Below, piece after piece: positions 12,493 to 24,814 of a stretch of 64,000 nt of DNA. Source of the DNA: Octopus sinensis. Its lineage: Eukaryota. The notes under the pieces are model-generated. The model did no database searches. It saw only the letters and a list, made by a program, of their open reading frames with translations, and was not told the DNA's origin. The stretch covers positions 124,248,001 through 124,312,000 of the forward strand of contig NC_042997.1 of the NCBI RefSeq assembly GCF_006345805.1, read 5' to 3'. The position numbers and the translations under genes are program-made. The first letter of the stretch is position 1, and each line of letters opens with the position of its first letter.

Positions 12493-13831
12493 ACGTCTAT
12501 CGTTATATATATATATATATATATATATAATATGCATTTGGTACCTTAAATGAAGTTTGCGAATGTAAAGTGGTCAGAAAGTAAACTGCTCTCTGGCATC
12601 TCACATCTCATTTTCCTGGCCCCAAGAAAAGAATGCCAGGCTATGAAGCAGTGATTTGTATTTAGCATCGTTGATTATTTCCCCTATAAATTAAACAACT
12701 ACATGACAAAAACCCCCAAACATGTTATTGTTTCTGTTTACACAAAACCTTTATTCATGAAATATATGAATTGTCTAGTACAAAGTTACTGAAACCTGTT
12801 ATTTACAGGTCAATATGAAACAACGCTCAAGAAGTCGCGTTTTTAATTAAATATATCGTTTACAGAAGTGGCCATTACAAATCAAGTTAATCCCCTTAAT
12901 CTCTATAAATCTATGATTTATGGATTGCAGAAATTAAATTCCAATATATGAAGTGATTACGCCTCTAATACCATTAACATATGTTACAAAATCTAACCAA
13001 CCTAAGCTAGCTTTTTTTCCTTCTCTTTCAGATTAGGTAACGGTCATATAATATAGAACGTCGTCGACATATACATCAGTATCATGTGTTAATAAATGTG
13101 TATAAACACACGGAAATCCTGGTTTATGCCTATGATGTTATTCGATCGATCAGATACTAGAAGAGTTTTTAAAATTCACAGTAAAATTAGTCATACCTAA
13201 TTCCACTAGTTTTCATAGCCGATTAGTTTTCTTTTTTTCTCTCGTTCTTTACAAATATCTAGCTTGCAAGTATTTATATTTTAATAACACATTTACTTTG
13301 CACGTATGTAATCCTTTATGAACTAAATTATTTCTTCATGAAATTATATATTCTACCAATAATAGGAATTGCTTTCGGCACTTACAATATTGGTTAAAGT
13401 CTAAAATATAATTTTAATTACAGTTGCCTTCAGATATTTAGCAGTTCTAGAAAGTAAAATTATAATTACTTTTTTATAAACTTTAGCAAAATATGAATTT
13501 ATTGCGTAGTAACAGTGCTGTGATTTGCGGGCAGCAGACGTAGACGAGAAATATAAATATGATTTAGTAAATAGAAGTTAAATGGGAAATATACAAATTG
13601 GAGAGTTTAAATTAAATCTTGGCTAACGCAGACACTTGGAATACAAGAGAAAAAAACCGTCGTGCCCCGATAAGTGTAGAGCTAGACATATTCCGTTAGT
13701 GCCAATGGTGACTGGCGGTGCTAGAGAAAATAATTCTGCTGGAAGGTGTCGGTGTCGTTGAGATCGACAGTTGGCTGGTAGTAAAAGTCAAGCTTGGCGT
13801 ATTATATATGAATATATATGCACGTATAAAG

Positions 13832-14005
13832 CGATGAGCGCACAGAATCGCTAGCATACCATGCTTACGTCTGACTTTACGTTCAGAGTACAAATTCCGC
13901 CGAAGTCGACTTTGCCCTTTATCGTTTCAGGGTCAATAATCTGTGTTAATGCAATCGATTTACCCCATTCCTGAAATTGCTGGCATTGTGACAAAATTTA
14001 AAACC
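13832..14005 (+). mobile_element. SINE type B, degenerate, directly followed by a type C copy
   Basis: ACTTTACGTTCAGAGTACAAATTCCGCCGAAGTCGACTTTGCCC...GGGTCAATAA. Confidence 0.75.
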
Positions 14006-14010
14006 AATAT

Positions 14011-14204
14011 AGGCACATGAGTGGCTGTGTGGTAAGTAACTTGCTTACCAACCACATAGTTCTGGGTTCAGTCCCACTACATGGCACCTTGGGCAAGTGT
14101 CTTCTACTATAGCCTCGGGCGGACCAAAGCCTTGTGAATGGATTTGGTAGACGGAAACTGAAAGAAGCCCGTCGTATATATGTATATGTATGTATATATA
14201 TATA

Positions 14205-14250
<46 letters not shown>

Positions 14251-14468
14251 TGAGTGTCTGTGTTTGTCCCCACCAACATCGCTTGACAACCGATGCTGGT
14301 GTGTTTACGTCCCCATAACTTAGCGGCTCGGCAAAAGAGACCGATAGAATAAGTACTAGGCTTCCAAAGAATAATTCCTGGGGTCGATTTCCTCGACTAA
14401 AGGCGGTGCTTCAGCATCGCAGCAGTCAAATGACTGAAACAAGTAAATGGGTAAAGAGTAAAAGAGTA
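14011..14468 (+). mobile_element. SINE type C, full length
   Basis: A box-like GTGGCTGTGTGG, B box GGGTTCAGTCCC, CORE-like CACCTTGGGCAAGTGTCTT, internal (AT)/(GT) tract 14175-14255, tail ending GTAAAGAGTAAAAGAG. Confidence 0.92.
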
Positions 14469-14529
14469 ATATATATGTGCGCATGTGTGTGTATATGTGC
14501 ATATGTATGTCTGGACATGAATAACTGTA

Positions 14530-14765
14530 TACAGGTTGACCAAAAGTCACCTGACATTAAATCAAAACCATTTAGTTCCAAATTTACGTTTAACAATGAA
14601 TGAGACTTCGCTTATAAATGGACAAATATTGAAAGAAAAAACGGTGATTTTAACTCATAGCATTCAATTATTAAACATTCATAATTGGAATGAATAAATA
14701 AAATTGAATATTTAATATTTATGGAATTTTGATTTACTGTTTTTTGACTTTTGGTCAACTATGTA
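14530..14765. mobile_element. Tc1/mariner-type MITE
   Basis: TIRs TATACAGGTTGACCAAAAGTCA (14528-14549) and TGACTTTTGGTCAACTATGTATA (14745-14767), TA flanks, AT-rich non-coding interior. Confidence 0.8.
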
Positions 14766-15386
14766 TATATGCGTGTGTGTGTGTGTATCTTGATTCTTAC
14801 TATATTTTCGTAGTTTTGCAACTATTTTTAAATAATTAAATTCCAGATGCACTAATCAAATCTTACATTCCCTTGCAGATACTGGGCCGAATATCACATT
14901 TAAAATAATATACGCCAAACCTTCAGTTTGGCATATGTTATTTACCCCAAGTGAAATGAAAAGTCTTAAACTAGGAATTACTAATAAAAAAAGTTGATCT
15001 GAGAAAACTTATTAATCTTTTACTGTTCAATTTTTTTTTAGAATGCGTATCAATTGCTTCTGTATATTAGATTGGTCTTTAAATTTCTTAGAAATGATCA
15101 TAAAATTTAATTCCAAGGCAGGATAAGAAAAAAAGATTATTAACATCAGTGACACTCACTCCAAGATTAAAAAAACACTTTCAAAAGAGTTATTCATTAA
15201 AGTAAATAGTTGGGCAATTCTCTAGATTTTATGTCAGAAATTAGAGATTGTTTAACATATGGACTTCACAGCACAACTGCATGGGCCCAGAATCAGTAGT
15301 TTTTGCAGCAGGATGGGCAAATATCTTAACATCTTCCAGCATATATTGGGGTTGATTTGTCAGTGAAAATTAGTAGACGTGGAACA

Positions 15387-15431
<45 letters not shown>

Positions 15432-15432
15432 A

Positions 15433-15636
15433 TACGATGTTCCTGGTTTTAAGGGTATCGCGGAAGACTTGGTTGGAGGTGCAACTGTTCTTTTATAGAG
15501 CTTAGAAAAGCTGAAGGACCGCTACAATAAGTGTTTGAACGCGTAAAAGGAAAATGTTGAAAAAATCATAATTAACTGATCGGTCTGTATTTTCTGTTAA
15601 CTTAACCCAGGAACTTCTCTACACCAACACCTCGTA
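15433..15636 (+). mobile_element. Internally deleted mariner retaining the transposase C-terminus
   Basis: Frameshifted FYRA/LEKLKDRYNKCLNA*KENVEK resembles the mariner C-terminus FxxGIxKLxxRWxKCIxxxGxYVEK. Ends TACGATGTTCCTGGTTTTAAG and CTTAACCCAGGAAC...CCTCGTA are partial inverted repeats; inserted in (TA)n. Confidence 0.7.
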
Positions 15637-15644
15637 TGTGTGTG

Positions 15645-15845
<201 letters not shown>

Positions 15846-17454
15846 TTCACTTGTATCTATGTATGTGTATGTGGGCTTGTGTGTACATACGTATAAATAT
15901 AAGATAACAGAACAAATACTTGAGTGCATTATGTATCTTTTGAACTATTACATGAAAGGATCTCTAACTATAAACCAGTTTCATTTATGAGCGTTTTGCA
16001 TTAAAAGTTAATCCACTGGTGTTAAGTCCTCTCATATTTATATATACACCCAAACACATAAATTCGCTCATATACAATCATGCACGTACCCAAAAGTATA
16101 GTTCACATTTATACATAACACAAATCAGAAATGTTCGTAGCATATATATAACACACAATAACTCGTACTATGAGATACTTAATATTTAAGTTGATATAGT
16201 TAGTTCTCAAATAATAATAAACGTACAGCCGTATATCTTAATGATATTTGAATAGTACACGCATTGAAGTCGCCACTTTGTATCGTATTCTACTGACAAG
16301 GCTGACGCATAATAATACACGTAAATCAAATACCTTCAATAGGTGTGTCACGCAAATTTTGTATAAATGCATGAAAGACCCGTAGCCAAATTTTATGTTA
16401 TGTATGGTATTTACGCTGTTTCTCTCCCTTTTTTTATAACAGGATTTTCAAGAAATGTTTGAATTATTAAGTGCTGGAATTAAAATCTCTTATATCGCCC
16501 AAGTTACAGAATTTTCTTAGTTAAAAGTTCAACAGTTTTAAAATTTGTCTCAAGATTCTGTGAATCATAAATCAAAGTCGTTTAATATTACAGAGGAGAT
16601 AACGTCATCTATAGCCATTTCTTGTGTGAGGTTTTGATGTTCGTCTTTAAATTTATGGCTATTGTTTTATAAAATTGTACCTTTAAGAATTAATTAATCA
16701 TCTGTCTGTGGTATTTTTTAACCTCGAGTTAGTACTAATTCTGCAGAATTTTGACGAAAGGATTTCCGGTTTATAATATAGCTAAAACTAAGTCATATCT
16801 CAAATTAATCAAAATTGCTTATGATTTGAGTGTATTTGGTTGTGACCTATTACGGGAACCCGTACGTTAATGAGGTTCCTTTTAAAATCAATGTTGCAAA
16901 GTTTATATAATATTTATGAATCCATTTTATTTATTACACCACGAGCGTCCAGGGATACAAATACAAACTTAATTTCTAAGTTAGATTATTAACATATCTA
17001 CGACAAAATTATAAATCTTGCATCATATGTTTTTCCTCCATACACACCCAAGGTTTCTGAGGTATTCTAATACCAGTAATTAAGGAGGGTATAGTGGGAT
17101 CCATCGATAAAAAGCAAGAAAAATATTGGTATCGTTTAATGTATATAAAATATATTTTCAAAACGGATTATTCTATGATTAAGAACTTCACTCCTTAACC
17201 CTGTAGTTACGGCTGCTGTCCCAAGGTGTATCACAATGGAAAGAGTGCTTTCTGCTATAGTCCCTGGACAGTTAATTTACTAGAGTTAAATAACTCAGAA
17301 GCTTGTTTTATATATATGATATATAAACATATATATATATATAATCTAGGCTTTTCCCATCAACTTGTATAGGAGTGTCAGGAAATATGTGCATTTGTGT
17401 GTTTATGTGCGTGTGCGCGAGTGTATATTTGTATAGATGGGTATGTTTGTATTT

Positions 17455-17625
17455 GTATCTCATGTATTGACAACTGGTGTACTCTGGTTTACATTCCCTG
17501 CAACCTTGTGTTTCGGCAAAAAGGGATTGGACAGATTAAGTATCAGATTTTAAATAATTATCGGGATTGGTAATATGTGTCCCAGCATGGTCTTAGTTAA
17601 ATGATTGAAGCAAGTAATAAAAATG
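17455..17625 (+). mobile_element. Old SINE type C 3' half
   Basis: TTGACAACTGGTGT..GGTTTACATTCCC..AAC..TTCGGCAAAA..GAT..AAGTA..CCCAGCATGG..AAATGATTGAAGCAAGTAA resembles 14280-14450. Confidence 0.55.
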
Positions 17626-17775
17626 AAAATGCTGAAACCTTTATTAATTTTTGTTGTGTGAAATTACCAAATATCGAATACCTGTATATATACTTTCGGC
17701 ATTACTAAACGTCAAAATGTTTAAAGCCTTATCATTGGGAAATGCTTAATTTAGTGCAATTATTCCTTTTTCTGT

Positions 17776-18255
17776 GTGGAGGCGAAATGGCCCACTGGTT
17801 ACTGCAGCGGAATCGCGGTCGTAGGATCGCGGTTTCGATTCTCAAGCCGAGCATTGTGAGTGTTTATTGAGCAAAAACATCTAAAGCTCCACGAGGCTCC
17901 GGCAGGTGGGGGTGAACCCGGCTGTACTCTTTCACCAAACCTTTCTCTCACTATTTCTTCCTATTTCTGTTGTATCTGTATTTCAAAGGGCCAGCTAAAT
18001 CTCCCCGAGAATTACGTTAAGGGTACAGGTGTCTGTGGAGTGCTCAGCCACTTGCACGTTAATAAATGTGCTGCGACGTATCGGCTTTTGCCTTTCCCTT
18101 GGATAACATCGGTGGCATGGAGGGGGGAGACTGGTAAGCGTGGGCGGCTGCTGGTCTTCCGTAAACAACCCTGCCCAATCATTGCCTCGGAGGGTAACTT
18201 TCTAGATGCAATCCCATGGTCATTCATGACCGAAGGGAATCACAAAAACAATAAT
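17776..18255 (+). mobile_element. Composite SINE: type A head and body with the 3' module of the SINE at 33-347
   Basis: 17776-17960 colinear with type A; 18078-18237 colinear with the reverse complement of 33-185; flanked by TSD-like ATTCCTTTT(T)CTGT at ~17762-17775 and ~18257-18269. Confidence 0.85.
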
Positions 18256-19585
18256 AATTCCTTTTCTGTATAAGACACTATTATTTGGTCACGGTAATAT
18301 AATTTCCTGTTCAAAAACAGTTAACGTATCATAAACTGTAAAATAACTTTTAAAAGTTCAACTAGAAACGATCATGGAATATTTTGGCATAAAATAATGA
18401 TCTGCTTGATAAATAATAATTTATATAACTAGTGAAGAGAACCTAAGAGTAAATTGCACATAATGTGTAATCTGAAAGTATTATTTTAAAACACAATTTA
18501 TATCTTTAAAATATCAAATACATCACTGAGATGTAATTTATCAAATACGCATGTATGTAGCATACCAGATTCAACCATACAAAAATAACTATTATTATAA
18601 TTATTATAATTATCATTGAGGACGTTGTTGTCTGATAAATTTATTGTAAGTCTACTTTTGCATTTTATCATTGTAATGATAAAGAATATTAATAATCATG
18701 TTTACAAATGTTCTAAAATTACAGATTTATCTTAAAAAGTTCTAGTAATATGTGTGATCATATCGTAGCAATAATCAAACATGTATAAAACAAACGCTAA
18801 CAGCGAATAAATGTTCTCGGCATTATATCATATTGAAACAAATGTGTTCAGTCTAAAATTTGATATCATTTCGTATCATATTTATTTCGTTTTCCCCATT
18901 TACGTTTCTTCTAACATTTTACGAATCAAATACAAATACTTATTTGGATAAGTCTAAGTTTAAAAGATGCTTATCACAAGATAAGAAATACGAAAGTTAT
19001 TAACGTCAATGTTGATTTTGTCATCAAGCATAGAAAAGTTATTCCATTCTGAATTAAATATAATTGAAAATATTATTTATTTCATAATCGAAATAAGCCG
19101 CAGTTGTGTTTAGATTGAAATACCAATCGTTGACGTAACTGTAATGGCAACATTTTTATAAAATCAAATATGCAAAGATGTTTGAAAACCCATTTGTTTG
19201 TTTTTATTTCAGAAATTGAAAACTTTACATTATTAATTCTAAAAGAAGGAAAATACTATTTGTATACTGGAATATATTTTCTTTCTATATTAAGTATGAA
19301 GCTTAGCATATTTCATAATTGCATTACCAGATCATTCTTCAAAGGCTTTCCTGAGAATACTTTCAGTCGAGTTTTATTTCCAATAATGGAATTGATGGTA
19401 ATAAAGAAGTTAATTGGATTATCATATCAAGAATACTTCGATTTCAATTGTTCTGTAGAACACTACTAAATATAGTTTGGTAGGGAAAATATACAACTTA
19501 TTTTTACAACAGATCCATTACGGACTATTAAATTTTTGCTTGCAGTTAGAAACAATAGATATTTAAACGCTCGTCGAGAGAGAGC

Positions 19586-19619
<34 letters not shown>

Positions 19620-22600
19620 GACAGAGGGCGGGGGAGGGAGTGAAAGAGAAAGAATCAAAGCGAACCATTTTTCTATAACTGAACGAGACAATTCGTTTCA
19701 TTGGTGTAGAGAGTTGGAAACGGAAATCATTTTCCTATCATCTGACACTCGACTTGTGGTTCATTTTTAGCTCTTCGTCAGATCTCACTATGGAGAACTG
19801 TGGTCAAAATCTAACTTATTCAAATTGTATCTAGACGTACATAATAGGATGTGAACTATTTTGGAAATGCTAAGGTGTGATGAGGGACAGATCTAGAGAG
19901 AAGATTTAGCATTCTAGTAATGTTTTGTGTACAGATATTTGTGTCACCAAATCCAAACTGACTCATTCTTAAATGTTGAAATTTATTATTTATAGTATTA
20001 AATAGGTTCATCTGCAAAGCAAAGTGCTACATTTTTTATTCACATTATATTTTATAAATTTGATATACGAAAGTTTGATGTGTATGTTAATCTATGCATG
20101 ATCAGCATGAAATATAATAGATTCAATTTAAAATATTACTGTTAGATATCAGAAATATCAATGTGCCATAACTTCTTAAAAATAGGCTTTGACGATAATT
20201 TTCTACAGACAATAAATGAACATGATTTTCCATAAATTCTATTTAATTTAATTGATTATTTTTCGCGTTATGGTAAACTGTATCGTAATGTCAATTCATC
20301 GGTAAAATTGTTATTCTTTATTCGAACCATTAAGGCCCATGCAAAATGTTTCAATGGCACATTTTTTCACTTAATTTTCTACGTAAGCGTCACACCACAT
20401 ATCTTGTGAATCTATAAATGGGTTATGTTTTTTATACTTCAGTAGCAAGAAGATGGACGGCAATATTTCACCAGGAATGAATGATACATACTGATTATAC
20501 TACAAGAGTATCTTGACAAGAAGCATTGATTTTACAAAATATTGATTTACTATAACAAATTAAACACAACACAGGTGAACCTGAAATAAAATTCAAGTCT
20601 CTAATCTAAAATGATTAAGGCTCAAAAAGATTAAGTCTGGTCATTACAGCTATGTTCTTGTTTGGATTAAGACAAGACTGTTTATACATTTTCTTTGTGA
20701 GCAGAAGGACTATGCCGTATTTGACGCCTAATGAGTGACCACTTTAGGAATATCTTTGACATGTTTTGTAAGAAGAGCATGACAAAATGTCTTATCATTT
20801 GTTTAAAGTTGTATCGCAAAGGCCTCCTAACTACCTTTCACAACATGAAATGTATTTTAAGTTTTATTGATATTTGTATTTACTTGCATAACTAGAATGA
20901 TTTAGAGAAAAGCAGTATAGGTAAAGCTAATGTTTCAACTCTACAGTTGAAGTTGAAATGCAACAGAAACATCTATGCCATCCCATACATACATCTTCTG
21001 TACATATATCGTATCCTACTGTTATCAGGCATTATTTGTTGATTTATATTGCAGTGTTATACATGTGTCGTTTCATTTAAATTTTAGTTTCATTTCAGCA
21101 TATCTTATTAGCCGTGTTTATGCAGCGAGAAATCGTTGTACGAATTGGGAAAAATGGGTCACTGGTGCAGCCATATTTTAAGAAGTTTATTTTGTTCCCG
21201 TGTCCTTCTTTTCACGGTGAAGGACTACGTGTATGTAAATTTTACGACCTCTGATAGAAAATGCATTCGAATTTTAAGTAACATATCCAAGTAATTAATT
21301 CAATATTATTCAAATAATCCATATTGACAGCCATCTATTGGATTTTTGAATTGCACGTTATAATAGGTTATAATTGCGTTCGCGAGTGAAGATAAGGTGC
21401 GTAAATCGTAACATTTAAATATAAGAGTTGTTTCCCTTTAATTATTAGAAAAATTTATAAATAATACATGCACACAATAACAAAACGTTGCATATGGAGT
21501 ACGCAGTGTTGTCAAGAAGAGGGACAACTGTGAAGAGTGAAGGAATGTAAATGAGAAGAGGGAGTAAAAGCTATTCATTTCGGTTTTTGTTGTAAATTCC
21601 AGTCTTCACTAATTACCTTTGAAATTGATGAATGATGTCTAAAAACTTTCTTGCACTATAGAGCCTTGAGGAATGAGACTTCTTTCTGCTGTATATAAAT
21701 CACATCTTATATTTCCGTTAGTTTATTATTTTCTTCTCTCAAAACTTTTACTCTTCAAACGTCATCTGTAAATTCACCTTTTTTTAAATAAATTTTTCAT
21801 TCCTATTTAGTGATACCCGTTAGTATTTATGCATTGAGATGCATCTCAATATAATTTTAAATGTTTTTAAGCTGTGTGATCCTTTATATTATGAATTCAT
21901 CAGTAACTTAGTTCAAAGCAATTCTTATTTTAAAAGCTTAAGATATGTTTGATTAATAGATACCTGTTCATCATTTGTGAAATCAGAACCTTTGCGGAAT
22001 GCTGAAATTAGCATTCCCTGTAAACGACATAGAACAGGCAGAACGTTAGCGCATCTCAGTATGCACTGTTGAGAGCGGGGGTTAGGACGAAATATTCTTG
22101 TCGTAGAATTCACTGCATTCTGGCGCTTTATTATAGAAGCTTTCTTCACTGCCTAAAGTCATATCAGAAAGCAAATTAAATATCCTTCTAATGTCAATAA
22201 TTAATTAATTTCATATGTTCTGTATTAGATGTGTTGCAGTCTTTTTATGAATTTGTGACTTAATTGGGAGTAACGATTAAAATTTATTGAGCCTGTAGGT
22301 ATTGTAAGAGTTAAATCACGGCTGAAATTATTGTAAATGATTTAGAACAATTTTTATGTATCAAGATTTTCCATGGGAACATATTGGAACAAAGTCAGTT
22401 TTTTTTATCAGTCTCTAATGAAGGTCTATTTTCAATTGTCATACTCAATCTTTTCAAAGGGGCAAAAGTAATTTGGTTGTATTTAATTTCATCGGATTTT
22501 CTGCCATTTAGACCACTGAGGTTTTGCCTTTCGTCTGCGACTAGATGGTACATTCGCTTAAGAATCTTAAATTCAACGTCCTAGTACAGAACATAATAGG

Positions 22601-22620
22601 TTGCTAGTATTCATAATGCT

Positions 22621-22755
22621 GAGGTGCGTGGCTCAGTGGTTTGAGTGTGGCAGTAATTCCGCGACAGATCAGCATCCCGTGCAGTGGAATGTACATATAT
22701 AACCCGTAGAAACCGGTAAATTGGCCTTATGGTCCTAGAGCTCGGGAAAAACCTT
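22621..22755 (+). mobile_element. Degenerate, deleted SINE type A-like remnant
   Basis: GGTGCGTGGCTCAGTGGTT head and AAACCGGTAAA..CCTTATG..GCTCGGGAAAA tail. Confidence 0.45.
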
Positions 22756-23134
22756 CAGCCTTTTTAAATTTACGTAATATTGTAACAATACTTATATTAA
22801 ACTATACTACTAACGAATTGGCATAGGAGAGAAGACGAGGTGGGCGGTTATATGTATTACGAAGCAAAATTGTTATTATCTGTATGAATAATTAAAATTC
22901 TAAACACAGCCCAAAATTACAATTATAAAATTAATATTTAGAATCCAATAGACCATATCATGTGGAAAATAAATCACAACGACAAATTATGTTAGCTCAT
23001 AGATATGCCAATCTCAGCAGACTGTAACACTTCAGTCAAAATGTATGGAAAGTTAATTTATTATAAGAACATCGAATTCGAGGTCTCAAAAGTAAGGCTT
23101 CAAAGAACAAGGGTTATACATTTTATCATCGGAG

Positions 23135-23195
23135 CCTTTGGAATAATATGAAATGAGTGTTTTTTTCAACATCCTTAAACAAACCTTATTCAGAG
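23135..23195 (+). mobile_element. Family E internal fragment fused to Dong ORF sequence
   Basis: ATGAGTGTTTTTTTCAACATCCTTAAACAAACCTTATTCAGAG matches the reverse complement of ~37490-37535 (ATGGGTGTTTTGTTCAACATACTTAAACAACCCTTATTCAGGG). Confidence 0.75.
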
Positions 23196-24269
23196 CTAAT
23201 ATTGCCGGTGTTGAAAAAGCCGTTAACCATCAATGGGTAGTATCTTCTGGTTTAAAATCAGAAACAGAAGGCTTTATCATAGCAGCCCAAGATCAATGTC
23301 TACCTACAAGGAGCAATCAGGCCAACATGTTAAAGAACGGTAGTAGTCCAACACGTCATGTATGTAATCAAGATGGCCTAAACACATGCCTGAAAGACTC
23401 TGATGATTGGATGTTAAAACTTGCCTTAAAGCATGAAAAGAAGAAAGCATCACACTCACTAACAAAATAGGCAAAGGAATATCTAAATGAATACCAAGTG
23501 CAACATATCCCAAAATTTGAGGTACTGGAAACAAGCGTACGAAAACCCTTGCTAAAACTGCTGCCTTAGATATTCTTATTGATAAAAAAAAAATCACAAT
23601 GGCAAATACGCAAAGAGAGCTAATGATGCCAATGCTGAAAAAGACTTTACCCAACAGTAGTTAGTGAGTGTTTTCTGGTTTAAATTCGGAAACAGAAGTG
23701 TTTAACATAGCAGCCGAACGCTTCTGGAATATAACTACTCAAACTGACAGAAAGATAGATGTGAATAGGCCTGACATTATTTTGAAAGAGTTCAGACGAA
23801 AATCATGCCTCCTCAATGATATGACTGTCCCAATCGGCATAAATTCATTTGTGAAGACATACCAAAATCTAAGCAATATAAAGATCTTGAAATATAACTT
23901 AGCAAAATGTGGAACCCCAAGACTAAAACGTTACCTGTTGTCATAGGTGCTCTAGGAATGATAGCAAAAGGGACTGATTCCTACCTAGCTCAGATATCAG
24001 GAAACCCCAAATTGGCAGAAATTCAAAAGATAGTGCTCATGGGAACTGCCCATATCCTACGTAAAATACTGTCTATGTAATCTCAAAATTTAAAACAAAC
24101 TTATAATTTTCTTACGTACGCTTAAACATTCTCTAGAACAATCCCATTTGCAAGACCAAATATTTGACACCCTAGGCATAACAACTTGAACTTCTAACTT
24201 GTTGCCTCTTGAGGTCTCTGGGTGAGACTTGGAGTCAACTTGTTCAAATACAAAGCAGAAATCAAACAT
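23196..24269 (+). mobile_element. R4/Dong non-LTR retrotransposon 3' part, rearranged; the only plus-strand copy
   Basis: SSGLKSETEGFIIAAQDQCLPTR; WNITTQTDRKIDVNRPDII (RLE); ...EIQKIVLMGTAHILRKILSM* (stop ~24080); 3' UTR ends CAAACAT then (AAT)n. Confidence 0.9.
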
Positions 24270-24315
24270 ATAATAATAATAATAATATAATAATAATAAT
24301 AATAATATAATAATA

Positions 24316-24356
<41 letters not shown>

Positions 24357-24358
24357 TA
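24270..24358. repeat. (AAT)n between a Dong 3' end and a SINE B 3' end
   Basis: Direct reading. Confidence 0.95.
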
Positions 24359-24490
24359 TTTTCTATTATAGATACAAGGCCTGAAATCTGTTAAAAGGGG
24401 GATAACCACTTACATCGCTACAAGTGCACAACCCCAAAAAGATGAAACGCAAGTTCGGCCTCAGCTCAATTTCAACACAGAACGCAAAGG
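24358..24490 (-). mobile_element. Degenerate SINE type B
   Basis: TTTTCTATTATAGATACAAGGCCTGAAAT..GGGGGA..TTACATCG..AAAGATGAAACGCAAGTTCGGCCTC..AATTTCAACACAGAACG. Confidence 0.65.
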
Positions 24491-24521
24491 AGGATAATAT
24501 GTCACTTAAGCTTCTTTTAGG

Positions 24522-24720
24522 TTTTAAATTTTGGCACAAGGTCACCAATTTTAGGGGTGAGGTTACTTGATTACATTGACCCCAATATTCAACTGGTACT
24601 ACTTTTATCGACAGAGACAAAATCGACCACGGTTGAATTAGAACTCGAAATGTAAAGACTGATGGAATGATGGAATGCAAAATATTTGGTTCGGCGTGCT
24701 AACAATACTGTCAGCTCACC
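24522..24720 (-). mobile_element. SINE type B
   Basis: GGCACAAGG..GATTACATTGACCCCA..ACTGGTACT..TTTATCGAC..CGGCGTGCTAACAATACTGTCAGCTCACC. Confidence 0.8.
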
Positions 24721-24814
24721 AATAACGACCCCAATAATAGTAGTAATAATGATAAGGAATTTTATTTTTATTGTTGTCGCTTTGATGCTTATTATTGTTG
24801 TTGTTGTTATTATT

